A program made the translations under genes and the position numbers. The notes beneath the pieces were generated by a model. The model was not told the DNA's origin. It ran no database searches and was given only the letters and a program-made list of their open reading frames with translations. Of a DNA stretch of 64,000 nt, positions 1 through 12,576 are shown one piece after another. Origin of the DNA: Octopus sinensis (taxonomy: Eukaryota). The stretch spans positions 6,510,001 through 6,574,000 of the forward strand of contig NC_043009.1 of assembly GCF_006345805.1 (NCBI RefSeq). The letters are read 5' to 3'. Positions within the stretch are counted from its first letter, which is position 1. The number at the start of each line of letters is the position of its first letter.

Positions 1-371
1 ACATATACGTTCTTACAGTCATACAGAAGGACTAAGTTGCGGCAAGTTTAGATATGTTTCAAATTACTGAAAAGAAATTTGTGTAAATTATTAATGATTA
101 ATTGCCCATGCATCAATACAATTAATTACAGTCGTTGTCATGAGAGAGATAAGGTTTTCGCCAACATTCGGAATTATATCAAATCTAACAATAGGATTTT
201 TTCCTGTATAAAATATTTATCCAATGCTTTGGAATTAGGAAAATTTAATTAATACTGTGTATCATTAATGCGAAAAATATTTAGTCATTTTTCGATATAA
301 TTCGGTATTAAAGTATAAACGTCCTCCTCCATTACATACATGTATGCATACATACATACAAACATACGTAC

Positions 372-420
<49 letters not shown>

Positions 421-597
421 TATAAAGTTGAATTGTATTTCAATTAGAGTTCAATTAGAGGTTATAAAAACCGTCTAAGGGATGTTTATATCCAATGAAA
501 GTAAGAACGGATGTAAGAGAAGAGAGTAACATTTCGACTGATTCAAATGAGGTTAGTACAGACAGACAGAGAGACGAACAGACTCACAGACAGACGA

Positions 598-631
598 ACA
601 GATAGATATACAGACAGACAGTAGATTGATC

Positions 632-686
<55 letters not shown>

Positions 687-692
687 GGATGG

Positions 693-726
<34 letters not shown>

Positions 727-782
727 ATAGATAGATATATATATAGAGAGAGATAGAGATAGATAGATAGATAGATAGATAT

Positions 783-828
<46 letters not shown>

Positions 829-829
829 G

Positions 830-867
<38 letters not shown>

Positions 868-872
868 GAGAG

Positions 873-915
<43 letters not shown>

Positions 916-936
916 GATGGATAGATAGATAGATAT
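598..936. repeat. (AGAT)n/(GATA)n microsatellite abutting the 3' end of Tx1 LINE copy 1
   Basis: Direct reading: long AGAT array with AG/GGAT variants. Confidence 0.95.
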
Positions 937-1341
937 GTTTCTTTATTAGCCACACAGGGCTGCACACAGATAGAACAAATTACAAGGTAGAGCTTTTCTT
1001 TTGAAGGTATAAAAAAAAAAAAAAAAAAAAAAAAAAGGAAGGGGGAGGTTCGATCAAAAGGGATCGTAAAAGGAGAGAAAAGGACAAAAATAAGGGGGTT
1101 TAAAAAAAAAAAAAAAAAAAAAAAAAAGGGGGGAGAGGAAAAAAAATGATCAATAGGGATCGTTATCACAGAAATGTCAATATGAAGTGTAAAGGGGAGG
1201 ACAGGTGAGGTTTACCCGTGGAAAGAAAAGCCTGCGGAAAAGACCACGGTAACCTCGGTCAATGAAGTCACATTTTATATTCTTTTTTTTTTTTTTTTTT
1301 TTTTTTGCAAATAAGCAACTCTCTGTTTTCGATTTCTGGGT

Positions 1342-4300
1342 TCATAGGACTATGCTCAAGGTGGCTTCGTCATTCATACGTGCCATTCTTGCTACATTCA
1401 CCCATCTTTTTTTAAAACATTCGCTAGACAAAACTTGCCTCTCTACTCTCACTTTCCTTTTCAAGTGGTACTTGAAGAAGTTGATGAGAGATTGACCAGA
1501 GAGGAAAGTGTTGTCTCCAATCCTTTCAGACGCGTCCACCAGATACATTCTTTCGCCATAGCCACAAGGATGATGAAAATAGCTCTTCCTTCCCGTTTGA
1601 AGGAAGGAGGCGTGACAATATTGACGATAGACTCAGCTGATAAACCGACTCGTCCCACACGTGACAGCAGTTGTTCGACATAAGCCCACAGGTCGGAAAT
1701 TGTTGGACACTGAACGAGTGCGTGCAGAACGGTTTCGTCGCTCTGACCGCATCTCGGGCAGGTCGGCCCCGTGTTTCTCGAGCCGTGTCTGTAGAGCTTA
1801 TCCCGAACGGGTAGCGCTTCTCGGTAGCACTGCCAGGCCAGGGATCTCTGGAAGTTGTCCATGGGCCCTGGCCCGAAAGTCGTCCCGAACAGGCGGGTCA
1901 GGTACTCCTCGTCGACGTCCAGGTTCGCCCCGAGCTCGTCGTCGTACCTCCCCTCCACTAAACCCCTATAGAATGCTTTGGTTGTGTTGAAGTCACTTAA
2001 GGTCGACCCAGGACGGCAGAGTTGCTTGAGAGCAACGCGACACTCGCGGTGCCATTCGCCTTCCTCGGCCTCTTTTTGATCCACGACTGCAGTTCGGTCA
2101 TGGAGACGAGCTGCGGGAAAGCGTGCCTCACAAACGGCGACCACACCTGTTCACCGTCGTCTACATAGAGCCAGAGATGTCGCAGTCTCAGCGCGTGTCT
2201 GCGCATCATCAACCACGGCATGCCCAGCCCTCCTTTTAACGGGTGTTGACAGCAAATGGATCGCCTGACCATCGGGACGCATCCTTTCCACAAGAAGCGA
2301 AAGAGGATGCGTTGTAGTTTGGTGATGGTAGGGTCGGGACAAGGTACGACGGTCAGGCGGTAGTAGATGACGGACGCGATGTACGTGTTCGCCACCTCCG
2401 CTCGACCTTTTAGGCACAGTTTCCTGTCGGCCCATTGCCGGGCGAGAGAGACCACCCTACTCGTTATCTCGTTCCAGTTCTTCTCCACTTGGAGGTCCGG
2501 ACCAAACCAGACCCCGAGCAACTCAACCGGGCCGTCGGTCCAGCGTCCCACGACGGAGGCGCTGGTGGACGGCATGGGCTTGCTTCTCCAGGTGCCTAGT
2601 CGCAAGCCCACTGACTTTTCCCGGTTGATTTTCGCTCCTGTCACCGCTTCGTAGTTTTTCAGTGTCTCGCCGACCAGCTCGATGTGCTCGTGGCTAGACA
2701 CTATGACGGTGACGTCGTCCGCGTATGCAGACACGCTCGTCCCGCATCCCAATTCTCGCGGGATGCCCCTTAGAGTCGCCAGCTTCCGCAGTAGTGGCTC
2801 AAGAGTCAATACGTATAGAAGCGCCGAGAGGGGGCATTCCTGACGGACCGAACGTGCAATGTCGAAAGGTCTCGATAGATGTCCATTTACGCGAATTACC
2901 GAACGGATGCCTCTGTACAAGGCAGCTATCCAGCCGCGGAAGACGGGACCGAAACCAGCCGCTCTCAGGACTGCCTCCAAGTATCGATGGTCTACCCTAT
3001 CAAAGGCTTTTGATTGATCCAAGTTGATCAGGGCCCCACCCATGCCAGGTTCGTTAACTACCCTGTCTATGATGTAGCACATCAGATGGAGGTTGTCATG
3101 GATGGTCCGGCCTGGCACGGCGCATGTTTGCGCCTTGTCGACCAGTTTCTCGATGACAAGCGCCAACCTCTTGGCTAGCACCTTGGCCAAAATTTTCAAG
3201 TCTGCATTAAGCAGAGTGATGGGCCTAAAGTTATCTATTACATTTCCCTTGTTTAGATCTTTCTTCAGCAGTGTTACGGCTCCTCGGCTCACAAAACCAG
3301 GAATGCTCCCGTTTTGCTGCCAGTTGCAGTACACCGCCGCCAAGAGATCTCCAAACAAGTCTGGCATACAATTGTAAAGCTCGTAGGTAGACCATCCAAA
3401 CCCGGTGATTTGTCCCTCGAGCATTCTGCCATCGCTTCCCGCACTTCCGCCGCCGCCGTGATGGCACCTTCGCAGCACCCTGCCTTTCTTGTCGAGAGTC
3501 GTGGTAGGCTATGTAGGTAGGCACTGAAGTCCACCCTACGTTCTTGCCCTCCACTCGTCGTTCCGAACAGTCGGGCAAAATGCTGCTGAAGGCCTCACAC
3601 ATTTTACTTGGCTCGAGCAATTCGCGCCCCTGTTCATCTACCAGTGACCGAATGGTGGCTTTGTTGCCCTGTTTGCGCTCTGCCACCCGGGCCTCTCTCG
3701 CGGCTCCAACACCTTCGTTCCTTAGAGCACGCATCCTAGCTCTGACAGCACATCCTTCGTGTTTGGCGTTGAAGTGTTGGTCGAGGGCCAACCTCGCCGC
3801 CAAAACGTCGGATGCGATGCCGCTTCTAATTGCCTCTTCTTCTAGCTTCTTAACTAGCTCACCCTCTACTCTATTTCTATCTATGGCTAGTGCTTTGCTG
3901 TACCTAATAGCTTCTTCTGCTTTTACTGCTCTCTTGAGGGCAAACCACCATTTGTTGTTGATGATGGCTCCCGTCAAAGCCCTCTTTACTAGTGTGCTAA
4001 TCCGGTCTCTGAAAACTTGTCTCGATGGGAAAGACGCGTTTAGTTTCCAGTATCCGGACCCTGCCTAAGTGTTTACCTAAGTCTAGCGTACATGTCACAA
4101 GTTTGTGATCCGTGTAGCTGACTATGTGGAATTGTGGACATCCTATGCTATCTCTATCTACTGTCCTACACAGTATCCTATCTAGATACGATCTCGACGA
4201 CCCGATGCGGTTGCTCCATGTCCACGTTGGCGCATTCGGGTGGTCTAGTCGAAACCTGTCAGACAGTTGAAAGCGTCTGAGCAGGTCTCTGAGGCATTTG

Positions 4301-4782
4301 CATCCCCGTCTATTCCTATCTCTACCCACGTAGTCTACATGCGTGTCCAAGGTAGCATTCCAATCCCCCACTAAGAGTAAGGACGAGACGTTCCCAAGAA
4401 AACTTCTAGACGTTGAAAGAAATCCGCCCGACCTGTTAAGGGCGGTGCGTAAACTGATACGAGCCGAAAAGCGCACCCATTGCTGCCGTCGACATCCAGG
4501 ACGACCAGTCTACCCTCCGGGTCTACGAATATTGTCCTTACATTGAGATCCAGACTCTTGTGAAAAAGTACCGCGGTGCCACTACCGCCCATTCTCGCAG
4601 ACAGGGGGAAAAATAAATGTTGAACTGTCCGCCAAACATGGTCTTTAGGGCCCGCGGATTGTGAAGTCTGGTCTCGCTTATGGCTATGATTTCTAACTTA
4701 TGTGACTTTATGTCATTTAAGAGGTACCCTTGTTTCCAAGGGACCCCAAGCCACGCGCATTTACACAACCAATCTTGATCAT
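1342..4782 (-). pseudogene. Tx1 ORF2 (APE endonuclease + reverse transcriptase + C-terminal zinc finger), broken by several frameshifts
   Basis: ATG at 4782 reads MIKIGCVNARGL, then IIAISETR, LLVGDWNATL, SYLDRIL, SYTDHKLV (APE motifs). RT motifs: [43 protein letters not shown](E/G)[12 protein letters not shown]. Then CPRCGQSDETVLHALVQC. Pieces lie in ORF-track frames 4538-4768, 4371-4592, 3997-4476, 3231-3977, 3289-3534, 1997-3478, 1461-2144, 1342-1548. Confidence 0.92.
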
Positions 4783-4809
4783 AGTTCTAATGAATTAGAA
4801 TACAGAGGG

Positions 4810-6815
4810 TTACTTACTGCTCGAAAGTTTTTGCTTTCTCCTCCGTTGGTTTGTCCTCGAGAAGATCCCAGTACAGTTTCTTTGTGAGATATTTTTGGCA
4901 TTTACCAACCGCACTGGGAAAAATGCCTTTGAGTGTGTGGGGTGCAGACTTTTGGAGATGTGTATTATTTTGATGTGGTCTGGTGGTGTTGTGTATGGGT
5001 GGTTGTTTGTTTTTATGTCATCTTCTGTTATGTTTGTTTTTGATTGGATGTATTCCATCAAATTTGTGTTTTTGGTGTCTATGGCTGTGAGCATGTTTGC
5101 TGTATATGTTTTTGTGGTGTTGGTGTGGCTGTTGTTTGCGTTGGGTTTTGAAATGTCTTCGGGAGATGTATTTCCCCCTGCTTTGTTCGTGTTTGCATTT
5201 GGTTTGGTTGTGTTTCTGCTCTTTATTTTCCTTCTTTTTGTAGCTATTTGCCATTCCTCACTGGTTTCGTCTTCCGACGAAATTTCTGAGGAATCAGAAG
5301 GGGGTAGGGGTATGTTGTGGGCTTCTATGTATGTCTGTGTAAGTGGTTGTGTTGTTGTTTTCGTTGTTGTTGGTTGTTGAGTGTTTGTGTGTGTTGAGTG
5401 CGGTATAAGGGATGGGGGATCAGTTTGTGTGTGTTTTCTTTGATTTTCTGTTCCTTTGGGTTTTGCTGTTGATGGTAGTGTTGGTATTTTTCCAGGTGTC
5501 GAGTGGTTTTTGGTTGATGACGGATTAGCTTGGTGTGCTTCTCTTGTCGTCTTCTGTGTTGATGGTGGTGTGGGTAGTAGAGCTTTTTTTCCGGAGTGCT
5601 TTGGTTGTGGTAGTGGTTGTTGTTGTTGCTCTTGGTGTGCAGTGGTTGGGCACGTCTTTTTCAAGTGTGTTTCGCTTCCACACAAATAGCAGCGTGGTCG
5701 CCTGCCCTCTACCACTATATAGAGTTTGTAGCCTCCTGGCAGTTCTATAGCGGTGGGTATCTTCTCTCTTGCTGCTTCATCCAATTGAAGCAGGAATTCG
5801 ATTGATTTGCCCACATAGTCTTTCTCTCCTAGAACCGCGATTTCCAGGATGTTTGTCTCTGACATTGTCTCTGACATTTCAAAGCAGATGGCAGAGACCA
5901 CCCATTGTGTGTCGACATCAAATGGTATGTTTTTTATTTGGACTTTCGTGACCCTTTTGTTTAAATAGACTGGTATCATTACCAAGTCGTCCGAATGTAG
6001 CTCCAATGTGGAAAACGTTTTGCTAAACTTTCGTTGAGGAAACGTACTTGGACTGTACCAATTTGTTTCCCCAACTGATATATTCCTTGGAGTCCCATAC
6101 AGGACGAAGGCATTTATCGATTTTTTCCTGCGGTGCATTTTCTGTTCTTCTTGTTTTTTTGTTTATTACTTTATAAATTATTGTTTTTTTTTTGCGTGTT
6201 TTCCACGATGTGTTGTGGAATATGAAGGTGCATTTGTCTCCTTCTTTGGAGAAGAGTGCCTTTGTGCGGTTTATCTCTTGTGTGGTGAATGTTACAATTG
6301 TTCTTTTTTGTTTTGTTACGTCCGCAAATTCGTTTGAATTTGGCAGTAGAAGTGTTAATTGTGGCAGTGTTAATTGAAGTCATGGTAGTGGTGTTGGTGT
6401 TGGCGGTATTAGCAGCAGAAGGCTTGGATGTAGCATTTGACGTCGTAGTAGTGGTGTTGGTGTCGGCGGTGTTGTCTTTGGTAGGCGGCTTTGTGCCAAT
6501 TTCGTTGTTGTTGTTGTTGGTGGTGATGGTGGTGGTGCTGGCATTCATGTTTTCGTTTGTATTCATTTTTGAAATCCCTTTCTCTGTCCCTTTATCATCA
6601 ACAAGTGGTGTGGGGAGTGAGGGGAAATCTAAGTTAATGTCTTTGGTCGCGGCGATGGTGAATGCGACGTTAGATTTGTTGTTGTTGTTGTTGGTGGTGG
6701 TGATGGTGGTGACAGCGGTGTTCACGCTGCGATGTTTAGCAGCTAGTGGTAGCAATAGTGTTTTGCTACCGTTCTGCATGACTGGCGGGCTAGCCACGTG
6801 GTTTCTAGTTGCCAT
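4810..6815 (-). pseudogene. Tx1 ORF1 (gag-like nucleic-acid-binding protein with CCHC zinc knuckle), frameshifted
   Basis: VEGRRPRCYLCGSETHLKKTCP knuckle in the 4810-6138 frame. Thr/Asn-rich N-terminus from ATG 6815 (MATRNHV..). An intermediate third frame (~6300-6040) reads KKTIIYKVINK..KIDKCL..EYISWGNK and aligns with the ORF1-only protein. Confidence 0.85.
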
Positions 6816-7035
6816 TTTCAAAATGAAAAATGGCTAAAAAACCCACGAAAGTTTTGAAAGTTTTTTTGTAATTTCGCCCATACAGGGGCGGAATTCTACG
6901 TGAATAATTCTCAGGTTTTTTAGTGAATGAATTTGCACAACGATTAAAACAAAATATTTGACAACAAGGAGTTTTAAACATGTAAAAGTGGCCAACTTAC
7001 TTGGAGCCGATATGACTAGCGTCCGTCCATTGTAG

Positions 7036-7063
7036 ACAGATAGATAGAGAGAGAGAGAGATAG

Positions 7064-7125
<62 letters not shown>

Positions 7126-7137
7126 ATAGATATATAT
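7036..7137. repeat. (AGAT)n spacer between the two tandem Tx1 copies
   Basis: Direct reading. Confidence 0.95.
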
Positions 7138-9314
7138 GTTTCTTTATTAGCCACACAGGGCTGCACACAGATAGAACAAATTACAAGGTAGAGCTTTTCT
7201 TTTGGAGGTTTAAAAAAAAAAAAGAAAGGAAGGGGGAGTTTCGATCAAAAGGGATCGTAAAAGGAGAGAAAGAGGACAAAAAAAAGGGGGGTTAAAAAAA
7301 GGGGGAGAGGAAAAAAAAATTGATCAATAGGGATCGTTATCACAGAAATGTCAATATGAAGTGTAAAGGGGAGGACAGGTGAGGTTTACCCGTGGAAAGA
7401 AAAGCCTACGGAAAAGACCACAGTAACCTCGGTCAATGGAGTCACATGTTATATTTCTTTTTTTTTTTTTTTGGCAAATAAGCAACTCTCTGTTTTCAAT
7501 TTCTGCGTTCATAGGATCATGCTCAAGGTGGCTTCGTCATTCATACGTGCCATTCTTGCTACATTCACCAATCTTTTTTTAAAACGTTCGCTAGACAAAA
7601 CTTGCCTCTCTACTCTCACTTTCCTTTTCAAGTGTTACTTGAAGAAGTTGATAAGAGATTGACCAGAGAGGAAAGTGTTTGTCTCCAATCCTTTCAGACG
7701 CGTCCACCAGATACATTCTTTCGCCATACCCACAAGGATGATGAAAATAGCTCTTCCTTCCCGTTTGAAGGAGGGAGGCGTGACAATATTAACGATAGAC
7801 TCAGCTGATAAACCGACTCGTCCCACACGTGACAGCAGTTGTTCGACACAAGCCCACAGGTCGGAAATTGTTGGACACTGAACGAGTGCGTGCAGAACGG
7901 TTTCGTCGCTCTGACCGCATCTCGGGCAGGTCGGCCCCGTGTTTCTCGAGCCGTGTCTGTAGAGCTTATCCCGAACGGGTAGCGCTTCTCAGTAGCACTG
8001 CCAGGCCAGGGATCTCTGGAAGTTGTCCATGGGCCCTGGCCCGAAAGTCGTCCTGAACAGGCGGGTCAGGTACTCCTCGTCGACGTCCAGGTTCGCCCCG
8101 AGCTCGTCGTCGTACCTCCCCTCCACTAAACCCCTATAGAATGCTTTGGTTGTGTTGAAGTCACTTAAGGTCGACCCAGGACGGCAGAGTTGCTTGAGAG
8201 CAACGCGACACTCGCGGTGCCATTCGCCCTTCCTCGGCCTCTTTTTGATCCACGACTGCAGTTCGGTCATGGAGACGAGCTGCGGGAAAGCGTGCCTCAC
8301 AAACGGCGACCACACCTGTTCACCGTCGTCTACATAGAGCCAGAGATGTCGCAGTCTCAGCGCGTGTCTGCGCATCATCAACCACGGCATGCCCAGCCCT
8401 CCTTTTAACGGGTGTTGACAGCAAATGGATCGCCTGACCATCGGGACGCATCCTTTCCACAAGAAGCGAAAGAGGATGCGTTGTAGTTTGGTGATGGTAG
8501 GGTCGGGACAAGGTACGACGGTCAGGCGGTAGTAGATGACGGACGCGATGTACGTGTTCGCCACCTCCGCCCGACCTTTTAGGGACAGTTTCCTCTCGGC
8601 CCATTGCCGGGCGAGAGTGACCACCCTACTCGTTATCTCGTTCCAGTTCTTCTCCACTTGGAGGTCCGGACCAAACCAGACCCCGAGCAACTCAACCGAG
8701 CCGTCGGTCCAGCGTCCCACGACGGAGGCGCTGGTGGACGGCATGGGCTTGCTTCTCCAGGTGCCTAGTCGCAAGCCCACTGACTTTTCCCGGTTGATTT
8801 TCGCTCCTGTCACCGCTTCATAGTTTTTCAGTGTCTCGCCGACCTGCTCGATGTGCTCGTGGCTAGACACTATGACGGTGACGTCGTCCGCGTATGCAGA
8901 CACGCTCGTCCCGCATCCCAGTTCTCGCGGGATGCCTCTCAAGGTTGCCAGCTTCCGCAATAATGGCTCGAGAGTCAATACGTATAGAAGCGACGAGGGG
9001 GGGCATCCCTGACGGACCGAACGTGCGATGTCGAAGGGTCTCGATAGATGTCCATTCACGCGAATTACCGAACGGATGCCTCTGTACAAAGCGGCTATCC
9101 AGCCGCGGAAGACGGGACCGAAGCCAGCCGCTCCGAGGACCGCCTCCAAGTATCGATGGTCCACCCTATCGAAAGCTTTCGATTGATCCAAATTGATCAG
9201 CGCCCCACCCATGCCAGGTTCGTTAACTACCCTGTCTATGATGTAGCGCATCAGGTGGAGGTTGTCATGGATGGTCCGGCCTGGCACGGCGCATGTTTGC
9301 GCCCTGTCGACCAG
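7138..9314 (-). mobile_element. 5'-truncated Tx1 LINE copy 2, head-to-tail with copy 1
   Basis: Highly similar to 937-3135. Truncated in the RT domain at 9314, where it abuts (AGAT)n. Same 3' end AATAAAGAAAC. Confidence 0.93.
7509..9314 (-). pseudogene. RT C-terminal half and zinc finger of Tx1 ORF2 (copy 2); premature TGA at ~7989
   Basis: Contains [17 protein letters not shown] and YADD. CGA(R) in copy 1 is TGA here, a CpG-type change. Confidence 0.9.
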
Positions 9315-9340
9315 AGATAGATAGATAGATGGATAGATAG

Positions 9341-9372
<32 letters not shown>

Positions 9373-9386
9373 ATAGATAGATAGAG

Positions 9387-9442
<56 letters not shown>

Positions 9443-9459
9443 GGATAGATAGATAGATG

Positions 9460-9491
<32 letters not shown>

Positions 9492-9507
9492 TATAGATAG
9501 ATGGATG

Positions 9508-9580
<73 letters not shown>
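9315..9580. repeat. (AGAT)n then (AG)n microsatellite at the 5' truncation junction of copy 2
   Basis: Direct reading. Confidence 0.95.
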
Positions 9581-9583
<3 letters not shown>

Positions 9584-9699
9584 CGTAGATAAATAGGAAG
9601 TAAACATTTTTAAATATCCACACATTTGCCAAAACCTTTTCTTCAATGCTCTCGTGCTAGAACGTGGTTAAGTGCCTTTGTGGTTGAGTAACAGGTTTT

Positions 9700-10540
9700 C
9701 GTTTTTGTGTCACAGAGATCAGTGATCCGATTTCCCTCATCTGAAAGTGTGTCACGGGCCGAAATTCTTCGCAGACTTTCAGTGTAATGCGAGCGATCTA
9801 CAACGTAGAAGTGCGTGAGAAGTTTTAAAATGGTCGTAGAAGCGTGAAACATGAAGAGGGAGCAGGACACCCACCAGCTTCCTCCAGAGATATTCATATT
9901 GAAGAAAATCTGGTAAACCAGTCGCATACTCTCTGCAAGTTATCCAAAAAATTACCCAAGATAAAAAGGGATTCCGTAAAGGATGTGCGAAATGAGTGCG
10001 AAAAAGATGTTACCGAAGCGTATAAGCGCTATTTAGTAGACATCCGTTAACGCCTTCTCTGCAACGATGAAGGTGGGTTTTTGCTCTGTTTTCTTTGTTT
10101 TTGTTTTGATTTTTTGGAGAGAAAACTCATTGGAATTGATGATTCAACAGTCTGCAGTAAAAAGTGATGCGAACCGTTTTGGGGGATGCAAAACGGCCTT
10201 TACTAAAACATTACATGGAAAATGAGTCTACATTCAGTAGTATAGGCTACAGTGAAATACAGGTAAGCTATTCACAACAAAGATTAAAGTCTAACATTGG
10301 ATTCTAAGTTGCTAGAACACTCCTTACAATCCTTAGAGTCGAGATCACGACCGACTATCTCTTCGTTTCGTCTGCTCAAACATCTTTTACCAGATCTCCC
10401 ATTGCTGCGGAAGACTCAGATCACGAGGTCATATATGAACGGCCGCACGATCAGGCGAAACCTTATTCTTTGATGGAATAAGCGAGCTTTTGCACCGTTG
10501 GATCAAGCAAGGAGACTATGCCGAAAAAAGGATCTAATTG
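9700..10540 (+). mobile_element. Highly decayed mariner-like transposase remnant
   Basis: Frameshifted peptides SVIRF..AEILRRL, KNGRRSVKHEEGAGHP (HTH / ERSGRP-like) and terminal QGDYAEK resemble a mariner transposase. No TIR found. Confidence 0.45.
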
Positions 10541-12278
10541 CTCAAGCCTTGCTTCTAATGAATTACAGAACTAAATGTGAGCCCAAAGGCCATAGCATTT
10601 TACCGGGGATGTAGGTGCATTAGATCATTTCTACACTCAGCTATTATCCTGGATGTAAATAGATTATTCGTAAGTCTTGATAATGTGGTGTCTGCGCGCC
10701 GTATATAGAAAAGGAACACAGAAATCATAGTCGCTATTTATGCTATATATAATGCGTTCGCCTTTCATAAGATTCGCATACATCAATTACGTGAGAATAA
10801 AACCCTGTTACGTAAACAAGTATCGATGTATGGAGCCAGTGGCATTGGTTTACGTTACTGGGTTACGCGATCACGAATTTCATATCTGCCAACTTCATGA
10901 AACACGTGTACACGATATAATGTATAATAAACCCACTACGTTTTCTGTTTCTTTTCTGTATACGTATAGATTTTACCTTTCTACCGACTACAACTGTATT
11001 AACTGTATTGGTGTATGTGATATTTATAAATAATAAACTACGCCAATTTCTTTTCGATAATTTGAAACATGATTTAAGGTATGCTGTTTCTGAACGCCTG
11101 ACTTTGCAACGTTTTAGGCCTTCTGCATGAAGATAAAATCGTAAGTACGAGAAGAGAGTGGTAGTTGTGAATGTGAATAATTTATTATATAACTCTATAA
11201 TGTCAGTATATTGACAGACCAGTGAGACAGCACAATCAGAGAACAAAATCTTAGTTAATATCTATTGTGGTGGTGATGATTTCAGATTTAAGCTAATTAC
11301 ATGAGAATATGTACATAAAGTGTAAAGTATTTCTGAAGGCGTTTTGAGAAGTCTCGATCACGCATGAATACGACAGAATGCAAAGATATATCACTAACAA
11401 CTGGCGTCTCCGGTTCTCCTTTACTTAAATGTATTTGATATCCATATCTATAATTAATGGTGTACAGATGGCAAGTCTGAATAATCCGAAACCAACATTT
11501 TAAAACCTACGTACAAATAAAACATTATAATTTTAACTCTTGACTGTGGATTAGATTATAACATTAAAGAATGTCCATTTTTTTTTTCTTTCTTTGTTGA
11601 CACAGAGATTTAAATCTTTGTGGAAAACATTAAATATTTACGAAATACGAGATTACAACTATCTGCTATTAATTCTTTAATTGGAGAATTAAATTTAATG
11701 TAGAGGTATACAGGCAATTTATCACTTACATTTATCACCAAAACCATTATATGGCAACGTTTTTTTTTTCTGCGTTCTTCAGTCTATGAATATGTAATGA
11801 AGCTTTTACATTAATCATGCCAAAATTATTATGCCGAACTCATATATTAATTATTTTCCTTTCATCTAAATCTACATTTGTTTAGAATAGTAAAAAAGTT
11901 TTCGAAACACCCAAGACATTAGAGCTAATATTTATTACCTTCCGTGGAATACCACAAGAAATCCGAATTCATTATTTCTGAAGATCATTTTAAAATATAT
12001 CATAAATGATTTAAAGCCATGGCAGAATTCCACATTAATTTATACGTCGTAGAAAATGCTTCAATAATAGACACATTACGTGGCTAATTATTCTGGTAGT
12101 ATTCGCTGCCACGTATTCCTGAAACCAAAATTTAGCTTCTAAAACATGACATAATAGAAAATGAATTACTGGATAGATTATTTCTGGAAACGAATGAGCA
12201 AATTATACAAATATATTTTTCAAATAAATTGTGATTTAGTGAAAAAGTTACACAAACATTCTTAATTATCTGAAATTT

Positions 12279-12514
12279 GCAGGCGTAGCTGTGTGGTAAA
12301 AGGCTTTCTTCCTGACCACATGGCTCCGGTTTCAGACTCACTGCGTGGTACATTCAGCAAGGAACTTCCACTAAATGTTCAGGGCAATCAAAGCCTTGAG
12401 AATGGATGTAGTAGACGGAAACTGAAAAAAACCCAATGTAAAAAATATGTATATGTGTGTAAATATATATATCTATATATATATATATATACAGGCATAA
12501 ACACACCCGCACGC

Positions 12515-12576
<62 letters not shown>

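Larger units (their letters stand above)
937..7035 (-). mobile_element. Near full-length Tx1-clade (L1 group) non-LTR retrotransposon, frameshifted (copy 1)
   Basis: On the minus strand: short 5' UTR, gag-like ORF1 with CCHC knuckle, ORF2 with APE endonuclease, RT (YADD) and C-terminal CxxC..H..C motif, pyrimidine-rich 3' UTR ending ...GTGTGGCTAATAAAGAAAC. Flanked by AGAT arrays on both sides. Confidence 0.92.

Noticed and set aside
543-1169. Long ORFs rich in YLSI/IYIY/CVCV (also 32786-33274, 38414-39129, 43040-43465 and many more)
   Set aside because: Translations of stop-free microsatellites, not genes.
4895-6837. Plus-strand Val/Leu-rich ORFs (4895-5380, 6289-6837) resembling membrane proteins
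   Set aside because: Antisense shadows of the Thr/Asn/Lys-rich ORF1.
937-9314. (TATC)n as simply the LINE's own 3' tail
   Set aside because: Arrays also abut two independent 5' truncation points and the full-length 5' end; a tail contribution is not fully excluded.
7989-9632. 547-aa ORF that looks like a novel N-terminal repeat domain fused to RT
   Set aside because: The N-terminal part is (TATC)n read through into a 5'-truncated RT; a coincidental in-frame junction.
10969-11140. Possible plus-strand exon (TATAG acceptor, GTAAGT donor) and TATA-like motif near 10700
   Set aside because: Contains stops, offers several equally weak boundary choices, and has no supporting motif.
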